From Octopus vulgaris (taxonomy: Eukaryota): a stretch of 64,000 nt of DNA. Within the stretch, counting starts at the first letter, position 1. Each line of letters starts with the position of its first letter. Of the stretch, positions 37,044-49,184 are shown piece by piece. Where the stretch lies: the NCBI GenBank assembly GCA_951406725.2, contig OX597815.1:16554001-16618000 (forward strand), given 5' to 3'. The position numbers were made by a program, and so were the translations under genes. The notes beneath the pieces were generated by a model. It made no database searches and had not been told where the DNA came from. It saw only the letters and a program-made list of their open reading frames with translations.

Positions 37044-38038
37044 ATCAACTATATAAATTTAAAATTTTAGTGTTTACAATAGGTACTGACAGTAATTCTT
37101 TACTCACTTCCTATAAATTAACATAAAATTACAATGAGGAATTGGTGGTTACACAAAAGTTTTTTTGAGATTTTTATTTTTTCACATTTTATATCACTGG
37201 ATTATTGCATTTCCAGCAGGAAGGGTGACAACGAAATATCTCTAATTCACTACTAAGGACCCTCCTTGTTCAAAGAACATAGTTTTCACTGGTGTTTACT
37301 ACAGCCTCTGCTAAAAGATATAAACACACAGAAACAATGGGCTTCTGCACAGTTTCTTTTAACCAAATTTTAGGGTGTCTAAGACTTGTAGGAAGAAATT
37401 CTCCTCAACCTAGAAGTCTGCCTTGAATACTTGCAATAGAGTGGAGTATGCTAAAGATACCCATGGGTCAAGTGGCTGATAGAAACCATAGGAAGCCCAT
37501 ATACATGCATGCATACATATGAAAACTTTAGCCATCACTCACAAGCGAATATAACCTGTTAGCTTGTATCATGGTTCCACAAATAGTTTTAGATGCGCAT
37601 GTAGCCACAAGCAGACACAGGCACACTCGCAGACCTCCCATCCATGACCCAGTGTAATATCGAAAATGTGACAGTTGCAGGGAGACAGGACTGCACCAGT
37701 AGTCAGCTGGTACTCATTTTCAACTGAGTAGACTGAAGCAACATGAAATGAAGTGCCTCGCTCAAGGACATAATGCACCACCTTGTGCAGAAATTGAACC
37801 CATGACTATATAACTGTGAGCCAAACACCCTAGCTACTAGGCTATGTGTATGTATACACATACACAAACATGCCAGAACATGTTTATATAAATTCTTAGA
37901 AGGTTTATGCTTTTGTTCTTGAGCCTCAGATCAACCCTTATTAACTATATCGATGGTCGAAAGTATGTTTATGTTTATGTTTGTTTATGTTTTCCAGTTT
38001 CAGCTCTTGAGCTGTGGCCATGCTGGGGCACCGCCATT

Positions 38039-38202
38039 GTGGTGAAAGAGTACAGCAGGGATCACCACCCCCTGCCGGAGCCTCGTAGAGCTTTTAGGTG
38101 TTTTCGCTCAATAAACACACACAACGCCCGGTCTGAGAATCGAAACCGCGATCCTGCGACCGCGAGTCCGCTGCCCTAACCACTAGGCCATTGCGCCTCC
38201 AC
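38039..38202 (-). mobile_element. SINE family B 5' half, abutting a LINE 3' tail (~37975-38035)
   Basis: Head as at 31408; the adjacent gctgtggccatgctggggcaccgcc matches the 9845-10190 LINE end. Confidence 0.75.
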
Positions 38203-38622
38203 ATGATCGCAAAATTATCTTTTTTTTTGGACACATAATATATGTAGGCCTTAACCATCCAATATATTCCTTCCCTTTTTATTTATTCATTTTTTCTTAG
38301 AGATTTGGATACAATCTAGCAGGTCACACAACCATGTAAAGGTTCCTTTGTTACATTAGGAAGTATATTTCTAATATTGTAGGATAATTGCCAACATTCT
38401 TATAAAGCACATTTAACATTTTCATGCAGACCAATGCCAATTAACTAATGTGATGTGTCAAATACAATTCCATATTAAAACTTAAACAATTTAAGTTATG
38501 CATGATGACATTGGTGAACTATGGTAAAATAACATTCATTCTTCAATGTTACACAAATTAGCTGAGATTAAAACAAGTTCAACGTAGAAATAATAGAACT
38601 TTCTGTTTACTTTTATTAAATA

Positions 38623-38976
38623 CTAGCACTATGACCCGGCAACGCCAGGTCATAGTGCTAGTGCATGCTTATATACAGCTGCGTGCATGCGCACTTACAC
38701 GCGAGTACTGTTCAAATCTCTGACCAATCACATGCAGTTAGCTGGCATTCAATTGGGGTATCAAGTGTCAGGCATTTTGATCGGGTTTTGGATAGGAAAT
38801 TCACAAAAAAGTCACTTCTATTGATTTTTTAATGGCTTTGCGGGGTGACTGGGGAAATGTAAAGATGTGCACAACCACCCTTGGACGGTTTTGAATGACC
38901 ATAGAAAGTGCGAGCCCTCTAACTGAAAAATTGTGATAAGGACACGCACACAGACATTTTGCCATTTATATAGAGA
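38623..38976 (-). mobile_element. Non-autonomous Helitron family 2
   Basis: 5' TCTCTATATAAATGGC; the 3' end is a 41-nt hairpin actagcactatgacccgg-caacg-ccaggtcatagtgctagt ending in CTAG; A/T insertion site. Confidence 0.85.
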
Positions 38977-39242
38977 TTATAATAAGAGATAGATATCAGG
39001 TCTACACTATTAAACCCTTACTTCTTGGTGATCTACCAATTTTAAGGGGAACTTACTTGCAGCTGTCTTCATACAATTTACTCATATATTCAGCAAATTT
39101 TATTCTGTCATTGAGAAATTATTATGACTTGAAGCACAATGTTCATTGAGCTTGTACCAAAAGATTTTCTATTAACGAAATTGTCTAACAAAATCAAACA
39201 GCTTTAGTTGACTGCACACTTTACAAATCTTAACATTTAAAC

Positions 39243-39578
39243 CAGTGTTTCTCCACCTTTTTTTCCCCTTGCGTAACCCTTAAAATAAATTACATATCTC
39301 AAGGAACCCCTGCACAAAAAAATTATATACCATATCTTTCTCATATTTTTTCATTACAGTTCATGTGGTAAATATCATATTATATTTGTTATATTTTTTG
39401 ATAACTTAAAAGGTTAGATAGGATGATGTCTATATTACAATATTACAATAACCAATATTATATTGTGCATGTATAGTAATATTACGATCACGAAATTAGC
39501 ATTAGCTTACCTCACTCTTTCTGATGGAACCTTTTGCAGAACCATAGGGTTCCAGGGAACCCCAGTTGAGAAACGCTA
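39243..39578. mobile_element. hAT-type MITE
   Basis: Ends cagtgtttctc / gagaaacgcta with a perfect 8-bp TSD atttaaac (39235-42, 39579-86). Confidence 0.85.
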
Positions 39579-41136
39579 ATTTAAACATTTGAAATGTTGC
39601 CACATGATCATTCAACTATTTAATTCATTGAGCAAGAAATGGAGCTTCTATGTAGGCCTGTTACAAATAACCAAATTCCTCAAACACACACTAGTGCAAT
39701 GGCTTCTTCAAAATAATAAACCACAAATAAATAGAATCATATTCTTAAAAAATGTGAAAATTACAAACTGAAATTCTAAATAGTTACGTTACATTTATTG
39801 AATCAAGAAGTTTGTTTATATTCTGTAGTTTAAACTTTTTACATTTATCAGTTAAAATTATATTCTTTTTACTCTATGTACAATGCTTCAAAATACTTTT
39901 GTTACGTTGTAAAATATGCGACAATTAAAAAATAAAATTGAGTACTATTCCCCTAAAGGCCAGTGTAGTTCTAATGATACAAAAAGATGGAAATGGTCAC
40001 AGTTAGAAAGCCATTGAAACCCAAGTCTGCTCAATCAGAGATGATCTACAGATAACAACAACCGTTAAATCTCCTTTACAAAAGGTATAGATTACATTGT
40101 TTTCAGAGACTAATATTTCTCCACACTACAGAGGGACAGCAGAGATTACACAAAACTGAAATATATCAAAGAAAGATAACTGATACTTAACTACCTAAAT
40201 AATCTGCTTACTACTTCCACTACACTGGTAATGAAAACAAGCATAGCAAGTTTAAAGACAATGACAATATGCTACCAGGTATCCATGTGCAACCCATGTC
40301 AGCATGGCAATGCATGCTATAAACATTGATAATTTTATTAGCATAAAGTTTATATTGAAACACATCCTTACTACTACAGACAGATGCTGTAACTTAAATA
40401 ATATTATGGAAGGGGTCTCTACATGGTTGCTCAACTACTTCTTCACTGCTTAGCCAGAAGAAAAAGAGCAATGCCATGACTCTTTTCAGGGTCTCCAACA
40501 TTGGTTATCCTTAGGCAGGAGATCTGACTAAGGATAACCAATGCTAAAAACACTCAAGAGACACTCTACCGACTTAAATAAGAAAAGAGCACATTAGACA
40601 TTATAGTCCTATATACCCCTAAGACTAAGATGGTTATGCTTAAAATATTTTGACAAATTAAATTTAAATGTTGAAGTGAATCTAACGGTTTTGTGTGTTT
40701 CTTAAATGGCTTATAAACACCTTCCACGCTGCAATTGTTTTCGTTCCAGCACACAATCTCAGATCAAGTCACTTGCTATGCAAGTACATCTCTGTAATTT
40801 TAAATCTGTTAGATTGAGGCTAACCAGAGGTTACATAGTGTTGATGTTTGGCCCACGATCTAAGCAATACTTACATTTGAGATATATATAATTCACACCA
40901 GCCACTGTCTCACAAACAGCTTGATTGATTTAAGCCACTGTTTACACAGCTTTCACAGATAATTGATATTAACTTAAGCAGTATCCATAATCAATTCATG
41001 CCACTGTTATTAGAACTATCTCAGAAGTAGTCATAATAATTGATGTTTGGGTTGCAGAAGCCAACTGCAGATCAATGTAATCACAATGTCATACCTTATA
41101 ATACTACTATTATTATTATTATTATTATAATTATTA

Positions 41137-41350
41137 AGGTGGTGAGCAGGTAGAATCATTACCATACTGGACCAAATCCATAGCAGCATTTCATCTCTTT
41201 GTGATCAGAGTTCAAATTCTGCCATGGTCAACTTTACCTTTCATCCTTATGGGGGTCAATGAAATGAGCACCAGTTGGGCACTGGGGTTGATGAACTTAA
41301 CTAGCTCCCTCCCTTAAAAAATTTCAGGACTTGTGCCTATAGTAGAAAGG
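41137..41350 (+). mobile_element. Old SINE family D-related copy between (TTA)n tracts
   Basis: ggtgagcaggtagaatc..gagttcaaattctgcc..cctttcatcctt. Confidence 0.65.
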
Positions 41351-41922
41351 ATGATGATGATAATAATAATAATTATTATTATTATTACTATTAGGAAGAG
41401 GCATGGCTATGTGGCATATTTGCTTCCCAACACATGGGATCTAGGTTCAGACCCACTGTGTGGTACCTTGGGCAAGTATCTTCTACTATAGTCCCAGGAT
41501 GACTAAAGTCGTGTGACTGCATTGGTAGACAGAACCTGCATCACTATCATGCAAACAGTGTCCTTTGTTTTAAATCTTCTGAGAAAACCCGTCTGGTCTT
41601 AGGAAAATATTACTTTACTTGAGGAAAAAGTAAAGTTTGGTGATTGTTTGTAGAATCGCTAGAGCGTCGAGAAAAAATGCCTTGTGGTATTTGTTCTGGC
41701 TCTTATGTCTTTATGTTCTGAGTTCAAATTCTACTGAGGTCAAGTTTACCTTCATCATTTCGAGGTCGTTAAAATAAAGTATCGGTCGATAGTATTGACT
41801 AAATACCACCCCCTTCCCTTCGAAAGTTTTTAAATGACAAAACATTTCAAATTTTCAGGAAGTAAAACATCTAACGCTTTCACGTGTAAACAAGACATAT
41901 GATATACATGTCAAATGTTGTA

Positions 41923-42200
41923 GGCGCGTCGCTTAGTGGCTAGGGTGTTGCAGTCATGAGCGCTAAGACCGTGTGTTCGATTCCTAGACCGAGTGACGCA
42001 TTGTGTTCTTGAGGAAAACACTGCAGTTCACGTTCCTCTGCGATCATTTAGACACCTGACATTCGGAACACCTGTGCACCTGTACAGGCAACGCCGATTC
42101 GTTGGGTGGAGAGTGATAGCACCTACACTTGATCACTATAAACAAATCGTTTTGTGCAGGTCCTTCAGCAAAAACTGAACACTCAAGCCGTCTTCGACAG
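41923..42200 (+). mobile_element. Diverged tRNA-derived SINE, family B-related head
   Basis: ggcgcgtcgcttagtggctagggtg..gttcgattcctagaccg with A/B-box-like motifs. Confidence 0.6.
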
Positions 42201-44506
42201 GGATTCCATTATTTATATATATATATATATATAAAACGGCAGTTGCATATCCCCTGACTTATCATCAGCTTGATAAAACAAAGAGTATAAAAGTTATAAA
42301 GATAGGACTGTTAAAAATCCGGCTTCAAAAATATTTAAATGCTGATGATTAGTTTAATTACTGTTTTGTTTGAAATCTAGGATCTCAAATTAAACATTCC
42401 TTGGGATACTTCGGGACTGGTTGAGCTATGATTAAAGGCCCTCTCGTCAAAACCGAACCTTTTTTTTTTTAATGGGCTGCGGTATTTTTATGTTTTGACG
42501 TTAAAGATTCAGAATTTACAAAAAAATATTTTTTTAACTTACGAAATAAATATTAAAAAAAAAAAGAAACTCCTTTTAAAAGCAGAAACTGATTAAGGTT
42601 AGAGAATTAAGAACTTTTTTTTTTTTTTTAAATATAAAATATATTCCGTTTGCATTTGAAGTGTATAAATACATTTATATTATTGGAGTAAATTATAATG
42701 AGTCGCTTCCTTTCCCGAGGCGACAGCGTGAGATGAGAAAAGACTGATCTGCTGTTTCGAGCAAGTCGAGTGATCATGTAGAGGCCATCACGTAACTATT
42801 TTGAGGATATTAAATGAGTGGATTGCTAGTAAACATTCTATTCCGCTTTAGGTTGGCCCGAGCTAATAAAAAGAAAACGTATTTAGGTCATAGCTTGGCA
42901 GTTAATCTAACATCACGCTTGTAGCTAGCTTGATGTACATATTAATGAAAAGCTTGTTTTCGCCCCTTTTTTAATTGTTTTTTTAAATTAAAAAAATAAG
43001 CTGAAAAACAACGATAGTATATAAATTAATCAAATCAAATATCAATAAACTAAGTATAAGATCGAATACTGGAGGACTCCAAACAATGTCTCATTACCTC
43101 CCCTGAACCTAAAATCAATTCACAAAATGTAACATCACAAACATTAAAAACTAAATATCAAAATTATTACATAAAATCGTAATGTAACGTTTCCGTTTAA
43201 TTTTGAATTTCCAAATCTGACGTGACAGAGAAGTAGCGTGGTGCGTGTAATACGCTTGATTTTTAGATATGGATAAGTGAAGGAGACCGAGCTCGATACT
43301 CGGGAACAAGACCATATAATATATATAAATACATATATATATATTTATATACACACACACACTGATCGGCCGAAAGATGTTCATTCAAATGGATCACTAA
43401 TGCACACCATTCAATCATACTAATTTTAAAAATTCATTCAATTTATAGATATGTATTTAAAATATTAAATGAAGAAAAATCTAAAAGATGAACTAATTAG
43501 TAATGTCTATAGTGATCGCTCAACGTGCTAGAAATTGCAACCAAAATTTTCCTGAAAACACACGTATGGTATACAAATAGACGAGATGGGCACGTCTAGA
43601 ACGCTTTTATCATAGATGCGCCCGATAGTGGCTAAACAAGTACAAAATTTCTGTTAGGATAATATACATCCTTGATATATTGCTTTTTGTTACTTGCGAA
43701 AATAAAACAAATTCGTCACTGCCTCCCTAAGAATGATAAACATTCTTAGATTGAAATTAAAGCTGGCTTTAATTGTTGAGGGAATCTAACGAATTTTGAA
43801 TAGCTTTTATTTATATTAGTACATGCAATGATAAACTGAATTCAACTGAAATCGCATGTAACTCAAAAAGGATATATTTTAAAAGCAACTGAATTATAAA
43901 AGTAAATTAATTTTAAATATTATTCATAATATATCTAATGACACACAAGACCACAGCTCGTAAGACTAATATTCAAATTATAAAGCACAAAAAAAAACAA
44001 CTTAAAGATTTTGTCTGTCCCACAATTGTTAATAAACGTAAAAGATACGCAAATCCTCATCGAAATCACTTTTCTTAAAGTGAATTAAGGATAAAAAGTT
44101 ATGAGAAATACAACAAAATTATACAAAAAAGGTAATAAAGATCAAAGCCGGAAGCAGGATAGCAGAAAACCCGCCAACTTTCCTCGACTGTTAAAACGGA
44201 TAAAACATATTGAGGCTCTGGTCGGTAAATATGTAAGCGTTTTAACCAAGTTTATTAAATTAACGACGATTCGTAATAATATATATATATATATATATGC
44301 GAAATGAAGTAAAGAAGCAAATCAACTAAAAAGAAATGAATTCTGCAAGGCAAATAAATAGAGCGTGTTTGTATTCATCGGGGGTATAACGGTTTTCCAA
44401 CAGAAAACAACTCGGCCTAAACAACTTTCACATTAAATCGTACATTTCATTAGAAGCTAGTTAATTGCACTACACCTTTTGATCATTACTTACATTTAAC
44501 GCCCCT

Positions 44507-44541
44507 AATATATATACATACACCATATACATATGTTTATA

Positions 44542-44587
<46 letters not shown>

Positions 44588-44690
44588 TATATATATAAAC
44601 ACACACATGCATACATACGAATAGTTATTGAGATTTTGATATTTTTTTTTTGTCTTCAGTTGCTAAAGTATATATATATGTGTGTGTGTG

Positions 44691-44730
<40 letters not shown>

Positions 44731-44827
44731 CATTTAATATATATACTTACATTTAATGCCCTTAATATACATACATACACCATATATATATATGTTTATA
44801 TATGTGTGTGTATATATATATATATAT

Positions 44828-44859
<32 letters not shown>

Positions 44860-44950
44860 ATATATATACACACACATGCATACATACGAATAGTTATTGA
44901 GATAATGATCTTTTCTTTTTGTGTGTTTTCAGTTGCTAAAGTATATATAT
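44507..44950. repeat. Local tandem duplication, ~170-190-bp unit twice
   Basis: caccatata..acacacatgcatacatacgaatagttattgagat..ttcagttgctaaagtatatatat occurs at ~44507-44680 and ~44762-44950. Confidence 0.8.
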
Positions 44951-44993
44951 AATGTCATCAATATTTCGTAATGTGGGTGATAAATTTACTCAC

Positions 44994-45340
44994 CACTTCA
45001 AAAACTTTTAATACATAAATTGCAGAAAACATTTAAACCCGGGCAGCCGGTTAGCTACCTTTTTTTTTTTAAAAAAAGGACAGAACAGAAACCCCTGTCC
45101 TATGTTCGTAAAAATGATGAGAGGTAGTGATCGCCACGCATAGAGAGCCACGACGAAGAAAAAACAGTAGTTGTCTACGTGAGTGAGTGCAATGCCTTGT
45201 GTGTGTGTGTGTGTGTGCAATGCTTTGCTTGTGTGTGTGTGTACAATGCCTTGCTTGTGTGTGTGTGGCGAAGGCGACGGAGGTGGAGGTAGAGGAGGAG
45301 AAGAAGGGGGAAAAAGAGAGAATCAAACACTCATTGCGCA
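44994..45340 (-). other. Candidate non-coding first exon of the zinc-finger gene
   Basis: Donor AAGTG|GTGAGT at 44994/44993, adjacent to CpG-rich unique sequence. Splicing to 19192 places an in-frame TGA before the ATG. The 5' boundary is a guess. Confidence 0.5.
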
Positions 45341-45850
45341 TTGCATCATGGGTAAAGAGTCAATTTCAACGTATTGTAATAATTACGTTATGAAAAAAAG
45401 GGTCGGCTCGTCAGGCGTAGACGGGTTTTCGAGCCGACCGAGGTGGAATTATGCAATGCAGCTATCGAATCGGTTAAACAAATAATAACAAATGACATAG
45501 ATGAGAAAAGAAGAGGGATGGCCACCAGAGAAATAATATTTTTTTTAACGCATAAACGCAAAGCATTGTGGGACAGGTGCGCTGGGCAGGTAGGAGTAGT
45601 AGAACTTGGACGGATCGACGACAAATTTCTACGAACATCACGCGAAATTCGGGCGTTTTCGCGGAAAACAGCAGCAACAGAACCGAAAAGGGGACGCTTA
45701 AAAATCAAATTAAAAATACGTGAGGTCGAATAAATACCTTGGATCGCCACAATTGGTGATTCTTTATACGGGCGTAAACAGCCGTACGTTCACAGGTTAT
45801 GGCTCCTTGCACCAAAATGTCGCTCGAGGACAGGCAGGAGTTACCTACTC
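45130..45850. promoter_or_regulatory. CpG-rich, transposon-free promoter-like island
   Basis: Clear local rise in CpG/GC against the background, with no recognisable TE; a second minus-strand donor-like AG|GTAACT at 45845. Confidence 0.55.
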
Positions 45851-46324
45851 TTGAGTACAAGTGCTGCTGCCACAGATTGACTTCGTCAAAGATTTACTGT
45901 TAAAAGCTTTACTCTTCTTACAGGGACATAACACTGTCAGCTTAATTTCCAAACATGCATAATGATATAATATATTAAAAGTGGAGAGTTTGATATTTCC
46001 GAAATTTAAAAAAAAAGATAAATACAAAGTAGAAAAAAAAACAAAAAAAAAACGAAGAAATAAGATATTTGAAGAGTATAGCAAAGAAGGAATTGAATAA
46101 AAAATAAATTTCTTTTATTTGAGAAAAATATTTTTTTTTTTTTTTACAAAATGGCATAAAAAGATATTACATCAGTAATATATTAGCTGCAGCTTAAGTT
46201 TAATATATTTTTTTGGTTTTTATTGGTTTTATTAAGTGGATGGGGAAATATTTTCTTGAAAATTGATAAATTTTCAAATTTAGATATATCCATATATTAT
46301 ACATGCGTGTGTGTACGTTTGAGG

Positions 46325-46363
<39 letters not shown>

Positions 46364-47540
46364 CATTGTCATTTTTTAAATTCATTTTTTCCACCTTGGC
46401 ATGGGTTGACAGAGTCTTGATGAATTATTTTACAGCCAGGTGCCCTTCCTGCCACCAACCCTTATTACAACTAAGGCAATAATTATACTCATGATAGGCT
46501 GTGCAACCTTTAGTTGTCACCTTATATTTCTTTTATTCTTTTCACCTTTCCCAACCTTGATTTATAAATCCCCCCCCCACCTTATTTTTTTCTCTACTCA
46601 GATGCAGGTGGGTGTATATATATCTACTGTACATATACCTATTATATGTATAGGTGCATATATGTGTACGTGTGTGTGTGTGCGTGTACCTATGGGTGTG
46701 TGCATGCCTTAGGCAGACTTATACGTTTCTGTAGGTATTCACATGTGAATGGGTGTTTACATATTGGGTCCATGCACACAAATGGCATGTGTGAACATGC
46801 ATTTGGATGGGTGCGTACACTGTGATGCAAGTGGGCATGCTGTTGTTGTTGTTGTTGTTAAGGGTGATTAGGTGATGGTCTAGGGCTTAGGGGCAGGAGA
46901 CCCCAGACCTTGAAAAGAAAAAAAAAATCTCTGGTCGTCTTGTAGTCGAGGGCTCTACGTTGACGCCCGACACCACTGGGAGGTGGTTCTCGAAGTCGCT
47001 AGAAATGGAGATCTCCAGGTCCAAATTCTTGAACAGTAATGGGCATGCTGGTTGTACTGGCCCCTTGTATTTCTTTAGAGTGAAAACCACCCCTTCACCC
47101 ATACTAATTTGGAAAATAAGATTCTAGTAGTCAGCAATTTTTGTTATTACCTCTCTTAGATAAAAGTTTATGACCACAAATTTTCCCCTTAATTATAGCG
47201 ATTATTTTCTCTTCTTCCTTTTCTCCCTTTCTTTTACCATTTCTTGCTACTCTTCAACTGTAAATCACTCCCACTCTTGGATACTTTCATCTCATCCTTT
47301 CCCTTCTTAACCGTTTTTTTTATTTTTTATTTTGTATTTCTGGCCTCACCATTCAGTTCACTGCACCACTGTCGTAGAGCTGACTTGGAAATGTGGAGCG
47401 ACAGCATAACCTTCATATCATTAAGGTAATCTCAGCCTGATGATTAGCTACATTGAGCATTGTTCATTGTATAACTGTTATTTATATATATATATAAAGA
47501 TATTATTATTAATTAATTAATTAATAATAATAATAATAAT

Positions 47541-47917
47541 AGACAAGATTAGTAAATATAAAGACCTGCTAATAGAAATTGAAAAAATGTGGCATCTCAA
47601 GGCGACTACAGTACCAGTGATTGTAGGATCTCTAGGAATGATAAAAAAACGTACTGAAACCTATTTGAAAATTATTCCAGGCTTACCATGTGCAAAAAAT
47701 CGTATTAACTGGAACGGCTCATGTACTGAGAAGAGCACTATCGCTGTGAAAACAACATCCATCCATGAATTTAGTTATTTATTAATTTTTAAATACATAT
47801 TTTACCTGTGAATTTGCGTATGTAATCTGGGAATGCATACAATGAGCTTCTCTGCCCTAGGTGTATGGAAAACACTCGGCGAGAAACAGAAGAAAATTTG
47901 AAGAAAGAAGGAAAAAA
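47541..47917 (+). mobile_element. 5'-truncated Dong/R4-type non-LTR retrotransposon (restriction-like endonuclease clade) in (TAA)n
   Basis: DKISKYKDLLIEIEKMW..VPVIVGSLG is the RLE C-terminus; (taa)n on both flanks. Confidence 0.8.
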
Positions 47918-48148
47918 CATAATAATAATAATAATATAAGTGGCAAGCAACCATAAAAATCAAAATGGTAAATTTATAAATTTGTAATCAAGGGTACAAG
48001 ATAGTACCAGCATTGCTAGAAATTGAGTTGAAAACTACTCAAATAAGCCACAATATCACTGAAAATTGAACAAGCTGACAAAATCGAGGAGCAAGTAAAA
48101 AGCCAACCTACCATTGCAGGGGAAATATGCAAATGAATTTTCAGATAT

Positions 48149-48205
48149 ACCCATATCACATGATTTTGAACCCTGAGATATTACGCTTAGTCCTCTTCAG
48201 TGGGT
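48149..48205 (-). ncRNA. Type I hammerhead ribozyme with a G12A lesion
   Basis: accca-CUGAAGA-ggac..gttc-AAAA-tcatgtga-UA-tgggt; all three stems form, but GAAA reads AAAA. Confidence 0.65.
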
Positions 48206-48452
48206 CTCACTGTCTGAGCTTAAATTAACACCCACTTCGTGATGCTTGTTAAAATCGTTGAAAGACTAGCACCAAATTCAAATGATAATTATACATAAAT
48301 AAAGATATTATTATAAATAAATAATAAAGTGGCTAGCAAGCAGAAAAACCAAAAAGGTAAAATTTATAAATATATAATCAAGGGTACAAGATAGTACCAG
48401 GGATTTTCATTCACATGATGAAACGGGTATTAGTTTAACTCCAGGTAGCAAG

Positions 48453-48509
48453 ACCCACTGAAGTGAATTAAGAGTTTTACCTCAGAGTTCAAAATCACGT
48501 GATATGAAT
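48453..48509 (+). ncRNA. Decayed hammerhead ribozyme, paralogue of 48149-48205
   Basis: accca-CUGAAGU-gaat..gttc-AAAA-tcacgtga-UA-tgaat. Confidence 0.5.
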
Positions 48510-48751
48510 ATATCTGCAAATTCATTTACATATTTCCCCCACAATTGAAGGTTGGCTTTTTACTCACTCCTTGATTTCGCCAGCTTGTTAACTTCCCAGT
48601 GATACTGTGACTTATTTGAGTATTTTTAGACTCTTATTTCTAGCAACACTGGTACTATCTTGTACCCTTGATTATAAAATTTAAATTTATATATATATAT
48701 ATATATATCATCATCATCATTGTTTAGCGTCCGCTTTCCATGCTCGCATGG

Positions 48752-48965
48752 GTCCAAAGTTAATCCAAACAAGAAAGCACAAAAATACACAACAACGCGA
48801 GGACGTGGAACAAATATAGTATTATTGGACGCTCAGGAAAGAAGGAAAGAAGGAGGGTTTAACATTTCGAGCGGAGCTCTTCGTCGGAAACATAGGAGAA
48901 GAAAAGATCCAGAGAAGGGAAGACAGAGGAAAAAAAATTGCCAACAGTACACACACGGTCACATT
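48752..48965 (-). mobile_element. Penelope-like terminal repeat fragment with a minimal hammerhead-like motif (48857-48891)
   Basis: gttt-CCGACGA-A-gagc-tcc-gctc-GAAA-tg-UU-aaac. Confidence 0.5.
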
Positions 48966-48992
48966 TGGGATATATATATATATATATATATA

Positions 48993-49181
48993 CAGGGTGG
49001 GGAAGCAAAATTTACAATATTTTGAGGCAGGGATTGAAAGACAGTGTATGACCAATTAGTTTATTGAAAGTCATGAGAATATTTTTGCCACAAGAAAATT
49101 TATATAATAGAAAATATTTTTTTATTCTGCGTCCTCCTCCTTTCTCAATAACTGCCTTCACACGCTTCCTGAAACTTGCAC
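48993..49181 (-). mobile_element. Tc1/mariner 3' end fragment
   Basis: TA-cagggtggggaagcaaaatttac terminus and C-terminal peptide CASFRKRVKAVIEKGGG; truncated by a SINE. Confidence 0.7.
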
Positions 49182-49184
49182 ATA

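Larger units (their letters stand above)
47968..48690. repeat. Long inverted repeat, ~240-bp arms, Penelope-like, each arm with a decayed hammerhead
   Basis: 47968-48209 is the reverse complement of ~48451-48690; the spacer holds a third partial copy (48328-48400). Confidence 0.85.

Noticed and set aside
42240-42280. CUGAUGA on the minus strand as another hammerhead
   Set aside because: No matching GAAA or stem II closure before the (TA)n tract.
45443-45733. 96-aa plus-strand and 120-aa minus-strand ORFs in the CpG island
   Set aside because: No recognisable domain; the plus ORF starts at GTG; such ORFs are expected by chance in higher-GC sequence.
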